The position numbers were made by a program, and so were the translations under genes. The notes below the pieces were generated by a model. The model worked only from the letters and a program-made list of their open reading frames with translations, was not told where the DNA came from and did no database searches. Below, piece after piece: positions 22,516 to 34,195 of a DNA stretch of 39,800 nt. Numbering within the stretch: the stretch's first letter is position 1; each line of letters begins with the position of its first letter. The DNA is from Octopus bimaculoides (Eukaryota), in assembly GCF_001194135.2 (NCBI RefSeq), contig NC_068993.1:40702605-40742404 (forward strand), given 5' to 3'.

Positions 22516-22780
22516 TTAACCAAAGCCGTGTGAATGAATTTGGTAGACAGAATCTGAAAGAAGCCTCTCGTATGTATGTGTGTGTGAGAGTATGTGTTTG
22601 TGTCTAGCCTTGTTTTGGTATATGATGATGATGATAGTAAATGAGTATCACTGTCATACAAGTCACACTAGGGTTGGTGACAGGGAGAGCATCCAAGCAT
22701 AGAAAATCTGCTTCAACATATTCTGTCTGATCCATGCAAGCATGGAAGAGTGGATGTTAAGCGATGCTGATGATTATTAT
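22515..22780 (+). mobile_element. SINE family A middle fragment followed by a family C tail fragment
   Basis: caaagccgtgtgaatgaatttggtagacagaatctgaaagaagcc, then gggttggtgacagggagagcatcc...ccatgcaagcatggaagagtggatgttaagcgatg. Confidence 0.7.
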
Positions 22781-24194
22781 TATAACTATTTCTCTTGAAT
22801 GAATTGAGGAAAAAAATAAAAACATGAATGCAGTGAAATTTATTGAATATATGGTGTGTGTGTTTTTTTTCTGCCACCTTCCCCTCCTTCAGTTGCATTT
22901 ATATGTGTAGGTGTGTTATTTTTCCATTACTTACCTTTGCAATACAGCATTGAATAACTGCTTTCTGTGTTACATAATATTTTATTTGTTTAAATCTACA
23001 CACCTGCAACATGTTTGTAGGAATATGTCAAATCTCTTTCTCTCTCACTATCTAACTCTAGCTATCCATCTCTCTGTCTATATAACTATCTATATATTTN
23101 NNNNNNNNNNNNNNNNNNNNNNNNNNNNNNNNNNNNNNNNNNNNNNNNNNNNNNNNNNNNNNNNNNNNNNNNNNNNNNNNNNNCTCTCTGGTGATTGCCA
23201 GCACAATGGAGTTGATTCTAGAGTCAACATAATGCAGGATTATTTTCTAAATCTCCTTTGTCCTCTTCACTTATTTGTTGCTTTCACCAAAATCTTTACC
23301 ATCAACAGTTGGCTGTTGAAAAATTTGAATGGCGTTTCTTCTTCTATTGTTATTTTTCGCTTGTCTTTATGAGCTGCCCTGCAGAGATGGGGAAATAGAT
23401 TGCTATAGGTTGCTGCTGGTGAAGTGTGAGTAATTTCTTTGGGATTTATTGTCCCAGAAATCCATCATGACCCATCAGTGCTAGTTTCTATTGTTGTTAC
23501 CTTTCCACCAGATTCTTTCTGTATAGCATTCACTTCAATAGTCTCTGCCAGTATCTGAGAAATCTTAACTCAAAAGCTTTGACAATCATCCACCCAACCT
23601 TGCTTCCTTTTCTTCACTTCTAAACAAAAGCGAATCCTCGTGACAATAGCAATAATATGTATGAAGGACCAAATGAATCTTGCTATAGTTTTTCAGACAA
23701 CATCGTCATTTGACATCTGTGTGTTCCTTTAAGAATAGACTGCCTCAACTGCTGCCATTGTTGCAGTACATGACAAAACTCTTGTAATGTATTGTGCCTG
23801 CAATCATTATTATACTAGCATTAAATACTAACATTTCGTTGTCATCATTAGGATTAACAATTTCTATGTTTCCTGCTAATTTCAGTGACTTCTCCCTGTC
23901 TACATCTCTTACATTTCTTCTATTATTATTATTATTATTTTTTGTATCACTGAAATTAGTAGATACAAATTAATTACACAAATTAATTCAATGAGAATAT
24001 GATTGTATAAGCATCTGGTTACTATATAATGAGATCTATTCACTGAAACCTATCTGTTGATGTGATTTATGCAAACACTTCTGTTGGTTCTTGCATGATA
24101 ATGAGTATAATTAAATACACAAACTAATGATCTCATAATAGCTGTTCTAGACAAAGACTACAGTCATTAAGTTAATAATTACTAATATGGCATG

Positions 24195-24360
24195 GATGCG
24201 ACTGTGTAGCTCCATAAGTGTGTGGTTTTGGGTTCAGCTTCACTGTGCAGCAACTTGGGCAAGTGTCTTCCACTCATAGCTTCAGGCTGACTAGTGTAAC
24301 GTGGATGAATTTGGTAGATGGAAACTGAAAGAAGTTCATAAGGTGTGTGTGTGTGTGTAC
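24195..24360 (+). mobile_element. SINE family A head leading into a compound microsatellite (24345-24590)
   Basis: ttttgggttcagcttcactgtgcagcaacttgggcaagtgtcttcc...tttggtagatggaaactgaaagaag, followed by (TG),(TC),(TA),(GA),(TACA) runs. Confidence 0.8.
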
Positions 24361-24398
24361 ATTTATATCTCTATCTATCTCTCTCTCTCTCTCTCCTT

Positions 24399-24487
<89 letters not shown>

Positions 24488-24506
24488 TCAGAAATGTATA
24501 TATAGC

Positions 24507-24585
<79 letters not shown>

Positions 24586-24589
24586 ATCA

Positions 24590-24780
24590 AATAGAGCACT
24601 CTGTTGGTGTGCCCTTACTGTAGTTCTCAGGGAGATTCAGCATGATACAGAATGTAACAAGGCTGACCCTTTGACTTACATATACAACTCATTTTTGCCA
24701 ACTGAATGAACTGGAGAAATGTGAAGTGTCTTTGCTCAAGGACAAAACACACTGCCAGGAATCGATCCCTTACAACCATC
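24590..24780 (-). mobile_element. SINE family D fragment
   Basis: gtagttctcagggagattcagcatgatacagaatgtaacaaggctgaccctttg matches 36288-36330. Confidence 0.75.
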
Positions 24781-25446
24781 ACCAAATACCCTAGCAATCA
24801 AGCCATATGCCTTGTGTGTGTGTTTACATGTGTGTCTGTATGCGTTTGTGCGTATTTATATATGTGTGTATGTATATGTATGTATGTATGTGTATGTATA
24901 TGTGTATATATGTGCTTGTATGTATATGTGTGTGTATGTATATTTGTGTGTGTGTGTGTGTATGCATGTATGTATGAAAGGGGATTTGTTCTTCAATCAT
25001 GATGAAATGACAGGCAGGCTGCATTTAACATGGCTTAAAACAACATAATCGTCTATGTTCCTAGTCGTATATGTTTCTCACAATTTTAAACGATTTTTTC
25101 TAACCCATCTGTTGTTGTAATGGTTGTGATCTAAAAATAAATTAACATGAATACCTGCATACATTGGTAGTGCTCCAGCATGGCCACAGCCTTAGGGTAG
25201 AAACATGTAAAAGAATAAAAGAATTCATTTACTCGTTATTTGTGTGTGTGTGTGTATGTGTGTGTAAATCGATATTTTACTTGTCCCCTTCTGAGTGAAA
25301 CTGGTGGTAGGTTTACTTTCCTTGTTAACATCACAACCAATTATTCTGTACCTATGGAGCCCTTAGAAATCACTGACTTAAAAATCAGTTAAGGGTTACC
25401 AACAGAACATCTGGCTGTAAAATCTTGTGTTAAATTGAATTTGTAA

Positions 25447-25653
25447 CCTTTTTGTGTTCGAATTACTCTGCCAAATGTAAAGCTTATTTATTCATATTGT
25501 TTTGAATTAATCATGGATTGTCTCAAAGCTTTGAGATTTCGATGTTATTGTCTATTTTTAGGATGACGTAGTAGAGTAGGTGCGAGAGGCCAGTTTGAAC
25601 TTAAAACAGAAGGCATATTTGGGCCAGATATGGTTGGTTTAATTGCTAAAGAG
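25447..25653 (-). mobile_element. piggyBac-type MITE family 1 copy
   Basis: Colinear with 6340-6561 (attactctgccaaatgtaa...tttgaattaatcatg...gggccagatatggttggtttaattgctaaagag) followed by TTAA (25654-25657). Confidence 0.75.
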
Positions 25654-25658
25654 TTAAA

Positions 25659-25823
25659 TGCCAAGCATGAAGGTTGTGCTGTTAGAGCTAGAACACGTAC
25701 TCAAAGAAATGAGGGGATGAAAGCCACTCTATAAACGCAGGTAGCAGAGGAGCAGTGTGACAACAAAGCCACAATTTGGGCTTTGACAGACTGGGGTGAG
25801 CTCATGCTACTCAATTCCAAGTA
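25659..25823 (+). mobile_element. Small internal fragment of L1/Tx1-like ORF2 (endonuclease-RT linker), pseudogenised
   Basis: AKHEGCAVRARTRTQRNEGMKATL*TQVAEEQCDNKATIWALTD resembles the G...VR.R.R...EGE linker motif of L1/Tx1 ORF2; one internal stop. Confidence 0.5.
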
Positions 25824-25999
25824 AATGTGTACAGTATTTCAGCAGTATTTGTTGAACTTCCAACATGGGAAAATAGATGGTAATTCAACAAAAATAAGGC
25901 TACAAATTTGTGGAAAGTGTTTGGTTGGTTATAAAAGACTCCCTTCACTCATAAATGACCATGAGATTGCACTTAGCTACCCTCTGAGGCACAAGTCTG

Positions 26000-26265
26000 G
26001 GCAAGGTTGTTTTGTGGAAAACTAGCAGTCGCCCATGCATACCAGCCTTCCGTCTCCATGCCACCGATGTTATTCAAGGGAAAGACAAAGGCTGATACAG
26101 CTTGGCACCAGTGATATCGTAATCCATTTCTACAGCTGAGTGAACTGGAGCAACAGGAAATAAAGTGTCTTGCTCCAAAGCCCAACACTCAGCCCAGTCT
26201 GGAAATCAAACTCACTGCCTTATGATTGTGAGCCTGACACTCTAACCACTGAGCCATGTACTTTC
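26000..26265 (-). mobile_element. Diverged tRNA-headed SINE (family D-related head, different tail)
   Basis: acagctgagtgaactggagcaacaggaaataaagtgtcttgctcc...ctctaaccactgagccatg is the reverse complement of an A-box head plus a ctccagttcactcagctgta core. Confidence 0.7.
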
Positions 26266-26329
26266 ACTTAAAGTAGGTTATATTAACCATAGCATTAAAT
26301 GGTATTTCATTTTAGTGATTCTAGAAAGA

Positions 26330-26680
26330 TAAGTTAACCTCTAGCAGAGGCACAAGGCCTGAAATTTGAGGGAAAGGATTTCTCAGTTAAATTGACTAAA
26401 GTACTTGACTGGTACTTTATTTTATCGACCTCCTAGAGAAAGGAAAGCAAAGTATACCTTGGCAGGATTAGAAGTCAGAGCATATAGTTGTGCAATTAAA
26501 TTCTAGAGGGCAAATTAATGATATTTATAACAGTTATTTGTGGCATAGACACAAGGGCTGCAATTTTGAGAGGAAAGGGGAAGTTTATTTGTTCCTGTCA
26601 ATTTTGGCACTTGACTGGTACCTCATTTCATCAACCCTAGAAGAATAAAAGGTAAAGTTGATCTCAGTGGAATTTGAACT
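26330..26680 (-). mobile_element. Two SINE family B 3' fragments
   Basis: ggcacaaggcctgaaatttgagggaaagg...gactggtactttattttatcgacc (26350-26430), repeated in diverged form at 26545-26680. Confidence 0.7.
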
Positions 26681-26778
26681 TCAAATAATGTTTGTGTGAT
26701 AATAAGACAGTTTGCATGGGTAGATTTTTTTTTTGTTCTAATTATGGAGAAAATAAATATTTTTCCTTTTATGTTTAA

Positions 26779-27227
26779 TTCTTTTGTTACTGTATTTCTG
26801 TTGAAATACACTGCTTTTTATTTTGATTAATTTTGAAAATAATGAAGAAATCAATCAAATACCTTTGTTAGTATTAAGCTTGTACTTGAAACATAAACTA
26901 ACATGAAAATTTAATGGAAGATTTTAATTTAGATCACTTTTAAAACGGAAAGTTTACAATATAGAACTACGGTTAGTCTCAGATGGTTTGGTATTGAAAG
27001 GGTGTCACCCTTTTGTTATCATTTTCTGTTGAAATATTCTGCCTTTGTTTGAGTTAATTTTGAAAAATAATGAGGAATTTAGTAAAATAGCTGTCATCTT
27101 TAAACTAAAATGTGGGACATTAATTAGCGTGAAATTTGGATGGAAAATTTTGATTTTAGATCACTTTAAAGAGGAAGTATATACCATAGCACTAAAGATG
27201 GTCTCTCTTGGGTTAGTATCAACAGAG
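26779..27227 (+). mobile_element. Head-to-tail pair of piggyBac-type MITE family 2 (26779-27002 and 27008-27227)
   Basis: TTAA-ttcttttgttac...gtattgaaaggg, spacer tgtca, then cccttttgttatc...gtatcaacagag-taaa. The two units are colinear (ctgttgaaata, ttaattttgaaaa, ttagatcacttt). Confidence 0.7.
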
Positions 27228-27554
27228 TAAAACTCCTGTTTTAATTTCAGTTGTATCTTTGAGATATTTGAAATATTGTCTTTCTACAATTCAGCAAATA
27301 AGCAGCGTCATTAGAGTGTTGGATAGAGTATCTTATGGGATTTATTCTGACACTCAGCGCTTTGTCTTCAAATCATGCCATGGTTGACATAGCCTTTCAT
27401 TCTTTTGGGATCAATAAAAAAAAGTACCAATCCAGTGCAGTGGATGAGTGAAACTGTAAAAATGTCTGCTCAGATGCCTTGTGGTATTTGCTGCAGCTCT
27501 TTGTGTTCTGAGTTCCATTCCCACCAGGGCTTACTTGGGTGATGGACTTGACTC

Positions 27555-27914
27555 TTCAACATTTAAACTGGCCATATCTGGCCCAGATATTCTGCTGTGG
27601 AGGCACGTGGTGTGTGTTCAAGGTGTTCAACTCATGCTCGTAAAATTGTGGTTTCAATTCCTTGGCTGCATGATGCGTTGTGTTCTTGAGCAAAACACTT
27701 CATTTCACATTGCTCCAGTCTACTCAGCTGACAAAAATGAATAATCCTGCAACAGACCAGCATCCTGTCCAGATGAAGAATTTATATGCCATGGAAATCG
27801 GGAACCAGCCCTAATGAGTCGGCATGACTTGGAAAGGTAGCTTTACCTTACCTTTTACCAAATATTCTGCTTATTTTATGTTCAAACTGGCCAGATCCAG
27901 CTTCTCACACCTAC
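27555..27914 (+). mobile_element. 5' part of MITE family 1 carrying a tRNA-headed SINE insertion (27597-27857) with a target-site duplication
   Basis: ccagatattctgct (27583-27596) and ccaaatattctgct (27858-27871) flank a SINE with head gtggaggcacgtgg...gtggtttcaattcc and a (TTACC)-like tail. The MITE sequence continues on both sides. Confidence 0.8.
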
Positions 27915-28611
27915 GAGTAATTGGAATACTACAAGGTTAATCCACCACTGGAGACCCTTGGTATCTTTAGTAGAGTCCTCTCATTTGCAAGCGTCCATAC
28001 CACATCTCAGCTTTAAGGATACATTTCTCTCTCCCTTTTCCCTCTCATAAGACTTGAGGGGCTTGTAAAGGGTCACATGCACTACCTCCTCTCCTGACCA
28101 AAAGATTCAAAAGTAAATAAAAATATAACCATTGGACTTATTAAAATAAATCCACTGTTTGGCTTATAAGCTTGCTCTGGCACATCAGTGCAATCTTAAC
28201 ACTAAATACTTACTTAGCTGCTTAGTGGGTTCAAATTGTTGTTTATTTTATTTTAACTTTGATTAAATGACCAGAACAGATGTTAGTTTATCACACATAA
28301 TGTGTGTGTGTGTGTGTGTGTGTTATATGTTTCTAATATAAACAAAACTAGTTTTTATGAGAAGAGAATGGTTATATCAAATTCTTAAATAATAGCTCCC
28401 ATTTTTCTCGAGATTTTAATTCAATTCCCATTCGAGAAATAAAGTGGGGTGGACTGTATTGTTTTTCTAGAATTTTCTTAGAATTATCTTAATTGTGGGA
28501 ATGGACTCATGTGTTCCTTTTATTTTTCATTTTCCCATTCTAGTTTCTTGTGTAACTTGTTAGACAAATAATGATGTACTAGTTTTATAATAATCCTCTT
28601 GCTGAGATAAG

Positions 28612-28860
28612 TGAAGGCTTGTGGCCTAGTGGTTAGTGTTTGACTTATAATCATAAAGCTGTGTGTTCTGTTCTTGATCTGGGCAACATGTTATGTTCCT
28701 CATCAAAGCACTTGATATCACTCCAGTCCACTTAGCTGTAAGTGAGTACCAAACCCCTGCTGGTGCAGCCCTCCCTTTCTCTGGTTGTCATATTGTGGAT
28801 CCTTTTCTCATGTCAAGGATGACGTACTGCGGTCAAGAGAATGTTTATGTCTGAATGTAG
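28612..28860 (+). mobile_element. Diverged tRNA-headed SINE
   Basis: gaaggcttgtggcctagtggttagtgtttgac A-box head; ctccagtccacttagctgtaagtgagtacc core. Confidence 0.65.
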
Positions 28861-29489
28861 CTTCCTAGATACCTGAATCATTTAGTAAAAGCACAGTACA
28901 TTTTCCCAAACCACACTTGCTTGAAACTGATGGTCAGCAGTTGTAGACTGACATATACTCCTGCTCTAGTGTGAAACTTACCTTTCATTCCAACTGCAAT
29001 GTTTTCTTCAAGTAACTGCAACCAAAATGCATCTCACAATACTGCACGAGGAATCTCTGCACCCCACCTCCTTTAAATCCGTAGACCCTAAATATCATGC
29101 TGTGTCTCTCTGCTAATAGCCCCAATGTAGTTGAGTGGCATTCACCTGCTGTTTAGGAATTCTTCAAAATATAACATCTGATATGGGCTGGTATTCAGTA
29201 CAATAGTTGTAGCCAACAGAGCCTAACCTGCTTTGGACCACAAAATGTTTGAGATGAATGGAACATGTCCATAAACCTGCATTTTGGGCTTGTACTCATG
29301 CTATGAGATGTTCTGAGTCATTTCTAGAAACCTGATGTATGGTACTGTCAAGGTGATCTTAAGGTTATTTCTTCAAACTTCTTCAAACTCTCTCTCTCAC
29401 CGTTACTAACCAGAACAATTTGAGCTGTATGTTCCCTGTATTAAACAATCTTCAGCATTCAACTCATGTCTGCTGTCCAAGGAGGAAGT

Positions 29490-29800
29490 TATTTTCATTT
29501 ACTGTGGGATATAAGAATCCATTGTAATCATGAAAATAAATATCAAAAACCAGATATTGTAATTATGAATAACAAGGTTAAAAAAAAAAAATCTGTTTCA
29601 TCCCAAGATATTGCTTGCCCTGGTGATGAGAGAGTATCAGAAAGAGAAGAAGAGAAGTCAGATATTATTTGAAGTGCACAATAAAAATGACTGCAATCTT
29701 TGGAGAAACTGAGCATTGTACTTGTTGTTGGGGCTTTGGATATTGCTATGGTAAAATCCTGAACACCCCCACATGACTGAAGGTGGACTAATCTATTACA
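29490..29800 (+). mobile_element. Fragment of an R4/Dong-type non-LTR retrotransposon restriction-like endonuclease domain
   Basis: LLWDIRIHCNHENKYQKPDIVIMNNK...QDIACPGDERVSEREEEK, followed after a frameshift by IVLVVGAL, matches the LWD...RPDIV...IDIA.PGD.R..EKE.EK...PIVIGALG signature. Confidence 0.75.
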
Positions 29801-30349
29801 ATGAATAAGAACCAAGTGAACTGTCAGGGGAATAGTTGATGGTATTAGTTTGACTGTGTTGGTTTAACAGACGGTAGTTGAACAGTGAATATTGAGTATC
29901 ATACCTATGTTCAAGTAGTATGGAATGCATTCTGGGTTACCATATATTTCTGCAATAGGGACTGTCACATTAGGTTGGCAACATAACCCCACTTTATCGT
30001 GCTGCTACTGCAGGTTATTTTTAGACAACCACAGCCAACTATTTATTTGTGTAACACCATTTTACACCAGATGTGTATACCCACATCATAACAGATTCTA
30101 TAAGTACAATGCTCACGATTGAATTGAAAAGATAGGAATAAATGTGAAGGTGGGGTATCTAAATAGTGTTGCTTGTAGCTGCATGAATCCTCAGCAGACT
30201 TCTCAAAATTTGAATGAAGAATGTTAACTTAGTTCAATGGTTATGGACAGCTGACATTCTATTACAATGCCTTGTTAAACAATAATGACTTCCAGAATTC
30301 AAACTCACGACCTTACGCTCATGAGGCAAATACCACTGACATCTAAGCC

Positions 30350-30690
30350 GGGTGTTTGGCTTACTGGTTAGGATATTCAGTTCATATTTGTGAGTTCAAT
30401 ACCTGATGGTACATCGTATACTTTGAGCAAGATATTTCATTTCACTTTGCTCCAATGCACTCTGCTGACAAAGATCAGTAGCACCTGTATTTCAGAGGGT
30501 CAGCCTTGTCACATTCTTTGTCATGCTGAATCTCCTTGAAAAGTATGTTAAGTGTACATGTGTCTGTGGAGTACACAGCCACTTGCACATTAATTTCATG
30601 AGAAGGCAATTTTGTTCATCGAATCAACTGGAGCACTCATCGTCGTAACTGACGGAATGCCATTGATGATGATGATAGCGATGATGATGA
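30350..30690 (+). mobile_element. SINE family D, diverged full-length copy
   Basis: The 3' half (gagggtcagccttgtcac...tgtctgtggagtacacagccacttgcacattaatttcatgag...atcaactggagcactcatcgtcgtaactgacggaatgcc) is the reverse complement of 36160-36330; (GAT)n tail. Confidence 0.8.
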
Positions 30691-31102
30691 CTGAGTCTAC
30701 GAGTGAATAAGATTTAATAAGATTTAGATTGTAATGCTTATATGGTTCACTGGCTCTATGGTAATTAGGCAGTTTTATTTTACTGAATATATAAAACTAT
30801 GTGGTGTTCTCTAACTTATGTGAAAAATGTCAAAGGATACAAAAAAAAAAAAAAAAAAAAAAGAAAAGCAATCACAAATTTGTGAAAAATAAAACTCGAT
30901 GAAGGTAAAGGAAGGAAGGAAGCGTGTGAAAAGGTTTTTTGGCGCTTTCGGCAAGAACTTATACCCTTGTAATCCGGCATAAAAGATTCTTGTGTTAATC
31001 TTTCAACTAATTTGCATCTCCCCCTTAGGAAATCTCTTCTCTTTGCTGCAATTTGCAAAGTCTTCTTTGTATATGATAATAGCTAAAGTTTCTTCTTCTT
31101 CT

Positions 31103-31691
31103 TCATTTCGTACTCATCTGAATGAGTTGTCTTGCAATGTGTGTATAATGTATGCAGCTGTATGCATATATCTGTGTGTATGTGTGTGTGTATGCATATA
31201 AATCTGTATGTGCATGAGTGTGTATGTATGCACATCTGTATGTATGTATGTGCATATAGGTGTGTTCATATATATGTGTATATATATGTATGTATATACA
31301 TTCACACACCTGTGTGTGTACGTATTTGAATATATGAATGAATATCTGCTACATACATATGTTTCTGTCAGTCTGTGTTTATTTTAAATAGTTGTGTGTG
31401 CGTGTATGTATGTATGCATCTATCTATCTATCTATCTATCTANNNNNNNNNNTCATTTCGTACTCATCTGAATGAGTTGTCTTGCAATGTGTGTATAATG
31501 TATGCAGCTGTATGCATATATCTGTGTGTATGTGTGTGTGTATGCATATAAATCTGTATGTGCATGAGTGTGTATGTATGCACATCTGTATGTATGTATG
31601 TGCATATAGGTGTGTTCATATATATGTGTATATATATGTATGTATATACATTCACACACCTGTGTGTGTACGTATTTGAATATATGAATGA
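31103..31691. other. Exact 239-bp duplication (31103-31341 = 31453-31691) between 10-N gaps; probable assembly artefact
   Basis: The second copy begins right after gap 31443-31452, ends right before gap 31692-31701, and appears identical to the first. Confidence 0.85.
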
Positions 31692-31701
31692 NNNNNNNNN
31701 N

Positions 31702-31743
<42 letters not shown>

Positions 31744-33204
31744 TATAAGTGCACACATTTTGTTTTATAAATATATTTAAATACTTATACATACACACAC
31801 CCACACGTACATATGTATGTGTGTATATGGTATGTGTGTTCATACATATCCGTATATGTGTACGTATTATGCATTCTTATGCATATTTAAAACTTATGCT
31901 TATGTATGCATAGCAATGTGCTAAGTCTTTATGCTGGTGAAGAGGTGAGAAGGAGGGTGGGAGAAAGAATGAGAGGACGGAGGAAGAGAGAAAGAGTGGG
32001 AGGAGAGAGAGAAGGGAGACAATTAATAAGGACAGAATATATTGAACAAACGGGTTTGTTTTGATTTTTATGAGAAAAATTAAACTGTGTTGAAATGCAA
32101 TGAAACAGAAGATATGTTTGTAGGAAGTTTGTGAATAGTAGATAATTGCTGTTGAAGTTGGCTTTCTTAGAGGTGTCATTGTGTAGTGGTGGTGATGGGG
32201 GTAGTGGTGATGGCAGCAGCGGCAAAGTTAGTGCAGCAGGAGGGACAGTTAATTCTTCTTGCTGCTATTATTGTGGGGACAGATAATTCTTTACCACTAA
32301 TAATTACAATAGCAACAACTACTGCAGTAGCATTTAACACTAATATTAACAATAACAACAGCAACAACGACAATAACAGTAAATTAACTAACAAGGAAGT
32401 CACTATGTGGTCATCCTGATTGCTAGAAATGACAGGTGAATCTTGAATTAAATCATGCTCTTTCGTCTTTGGAAAAGGACCCACATTTGTTAATGTGCTT
32501 CATGGTTCTTTTGCACAGAGAGAAATGAAGTAAATGGTTTGAGTGTGGCCAACTGGAGTACCTTTGATGATAAGTCTAGGGTTAATCAGCAACAAGAACA
32601 GCAATACTAGCAACAACAACAATTTAGGAAGTTTTTACTCAGTCATTCACCTTTGCTAGAAATAGCATTCAAATCTCCCTTTTTGTCACACGCTATCAAC
32701 TTTACAAAGAAGGCAAAATACCTGGTCGGCAAAAGTGGGGTGCAAGTGAGATGGGATAGTCACCTTTTATCGGAAGTTTGCACAGTCTAGTCTGAATTGG
32801 GGCTTAACAGCAACCATCTTCATCTTCTGCTTCGTCATCGTAATCTTTATGTTGTTCTGGCCACCCTCCACAGTAGAAGTTGGATTGTCAGAATGTCTGC
32901 AAGATGAATTGAATTTAGGATTTGAAACTTCTTGGGATAACTTATCTGTAAGAAATGTGCCCAAAGCATGTTTGATATGGCGTTTTGAATTGTGTTTGAA
33001 ACATTTTTGGTCGTTAAAAAAATGCTGCTCTGCTGGAATCATTGTTATTGTTATCACCATTATCATCATAATCATCCCTAGCAGAGAGTAGTGCCAGTGG
33101 ATAAGTCTGTGTGATGCAGTTTCTGTTATATTCAGAATAGGTGTTCATTTGCCAGATTTCTTCACTGATAATAGTGAGGTTTAACATATAGGACAATCAG
33201 GAGA

Positions 33205-33385
33205 GCTCTTGTTACTTTTGAAAATAATGGAAAATTTACTAAAATAGCTGTGATTAATAAGCTGGTGTTTGGATCACAAATTAGTATGAAATTTTGATAG
33301 AAGGTTTTATTTACTTCACTCTAGATCAAGAAGTTTACACCATAGAACCATGTGTTGTCTTAGGCTGTTTGGTATTAAAAGTGAT
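33205..33385 (+). mobile_element. MITE family 2 diverged copy
   Basis: ttttgaaaataatggaaaatttactaaaatagctgt...ttagtatgaaattttgatagaagg...tttggtattaaaag is colinear with 27008-27227. Confidence 0.6.
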
Positions 33386-33595
33386 TATACATTGATGCAC
33401 TAGTCAGTCAAAGGACTCCCATGTTGTCATGTTTTTCTTTAATGAATGTTTGTAATCTTCTAATATACTTTAAAGTAATTAAATTATTCCCACAACAGGT
33501 TGATTAGTGCTAACAGATTGTAAAAAATTGTTTCAGGAAGGTTTTCTCATTCGTGATTGTTCAAAATTTAATTACTTTGCAACATTCCCTTTTCT

Positions 33596-33985
33596 TGCTG
33601 GGAATACAAAGCATTAGAATGCAGGACCTGGTGCCAGTCCTGCTTCTCCTTAGTTCAAAGATTGGAGCAAAGTCAACTCCAACACCAGGACCAACTTCAT
33701 GCAAGTATGAAGGCACATGGGCAAAATGCTGCTCCTCTAAATGGAAACCTTACCTGTCATTGTGGTTTTGAGGCATGAAGCAAAGTAGGCCTTGCCATCC
33801 ACTTAAGAAAACACATAGTAAATGATCCACAAGTACTCGAGCAAATTGAGTCCTCAACTTGTTCCATTTGCCCAAAGGCACCATCAGGCCTAAAGAGACA
33901 CATACGTGTCCATGCAACATGATTACCACTTTATTTTAGTGAACCTTCATTTGTCATTCATGACGAGAGGATCCATCATATATGT
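33596..33985 (+). mobile_element. RTE/BovB-type LINE 3' end with two C2H2 zinc-finger remnants
   Basis: Frame 33596-33922: CWEYKALECRTWCQ...LTCHCGFEA*SKVGLAIHLRKH...TCSICPKAPSGLKRHIRVH*. It shows the WE..A..R..W motif plus a C-x-C..GL..H.R.H finger typical of RTE C-termini; one internal stop. Confidence 0.75.
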
Positions 33986-34195
33986 GTGTGTGTGTTTAAA
34001 GCCAACTCAAATTCTACATCTATTAGTGTAGACTTAGCTAATATATCTAAGTCTTCAGATGATTATTATACTTTAAGGTAATTTAAATATACTGAGGACT
34101 GTTTTTATTATTTTTTAAACCAAAACAAAGCAAGTTATATGAAGTAATACAAGTTGATAGTTTGTACACTTACCTTATATTTTAATATTTGGGGC

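Noticed and set aside
22929-22970. 30-nt minus-strand segment (KAVIQCCIAK) before a perfect AAG|gtaagt donor
   Set aside because: The upstream acceptor has no polypyrimidine tract; consensus donors arise by chance in 40 kb.
23184-23640. Minus-strand frames with LINE-like flavour and a strong acceptor (ccccatctctgcag)
   Set aside because: There are multiple stops and no motif I can assign to a clade.
27915-28200. Possible solo LTR (AATAAA and a CA end)
   Set aside because: There is no clear TG start, TSD or second copy in the window.
29965-29995. cattaggttggcaac resembling a mariner TIR start
   Set aside because: No partner TIR was found, and the match is too short.
32767-33091. Overlapping ORFs on both strands, including a plus-strand 74-nt segment (EVGLSECLQDELNLGFETSWDNLS) bounded by ag/gt
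   Set aside because: Plausible splice sites exist on both strands, no peptide is recognisable, and I cannot separate it from chance.
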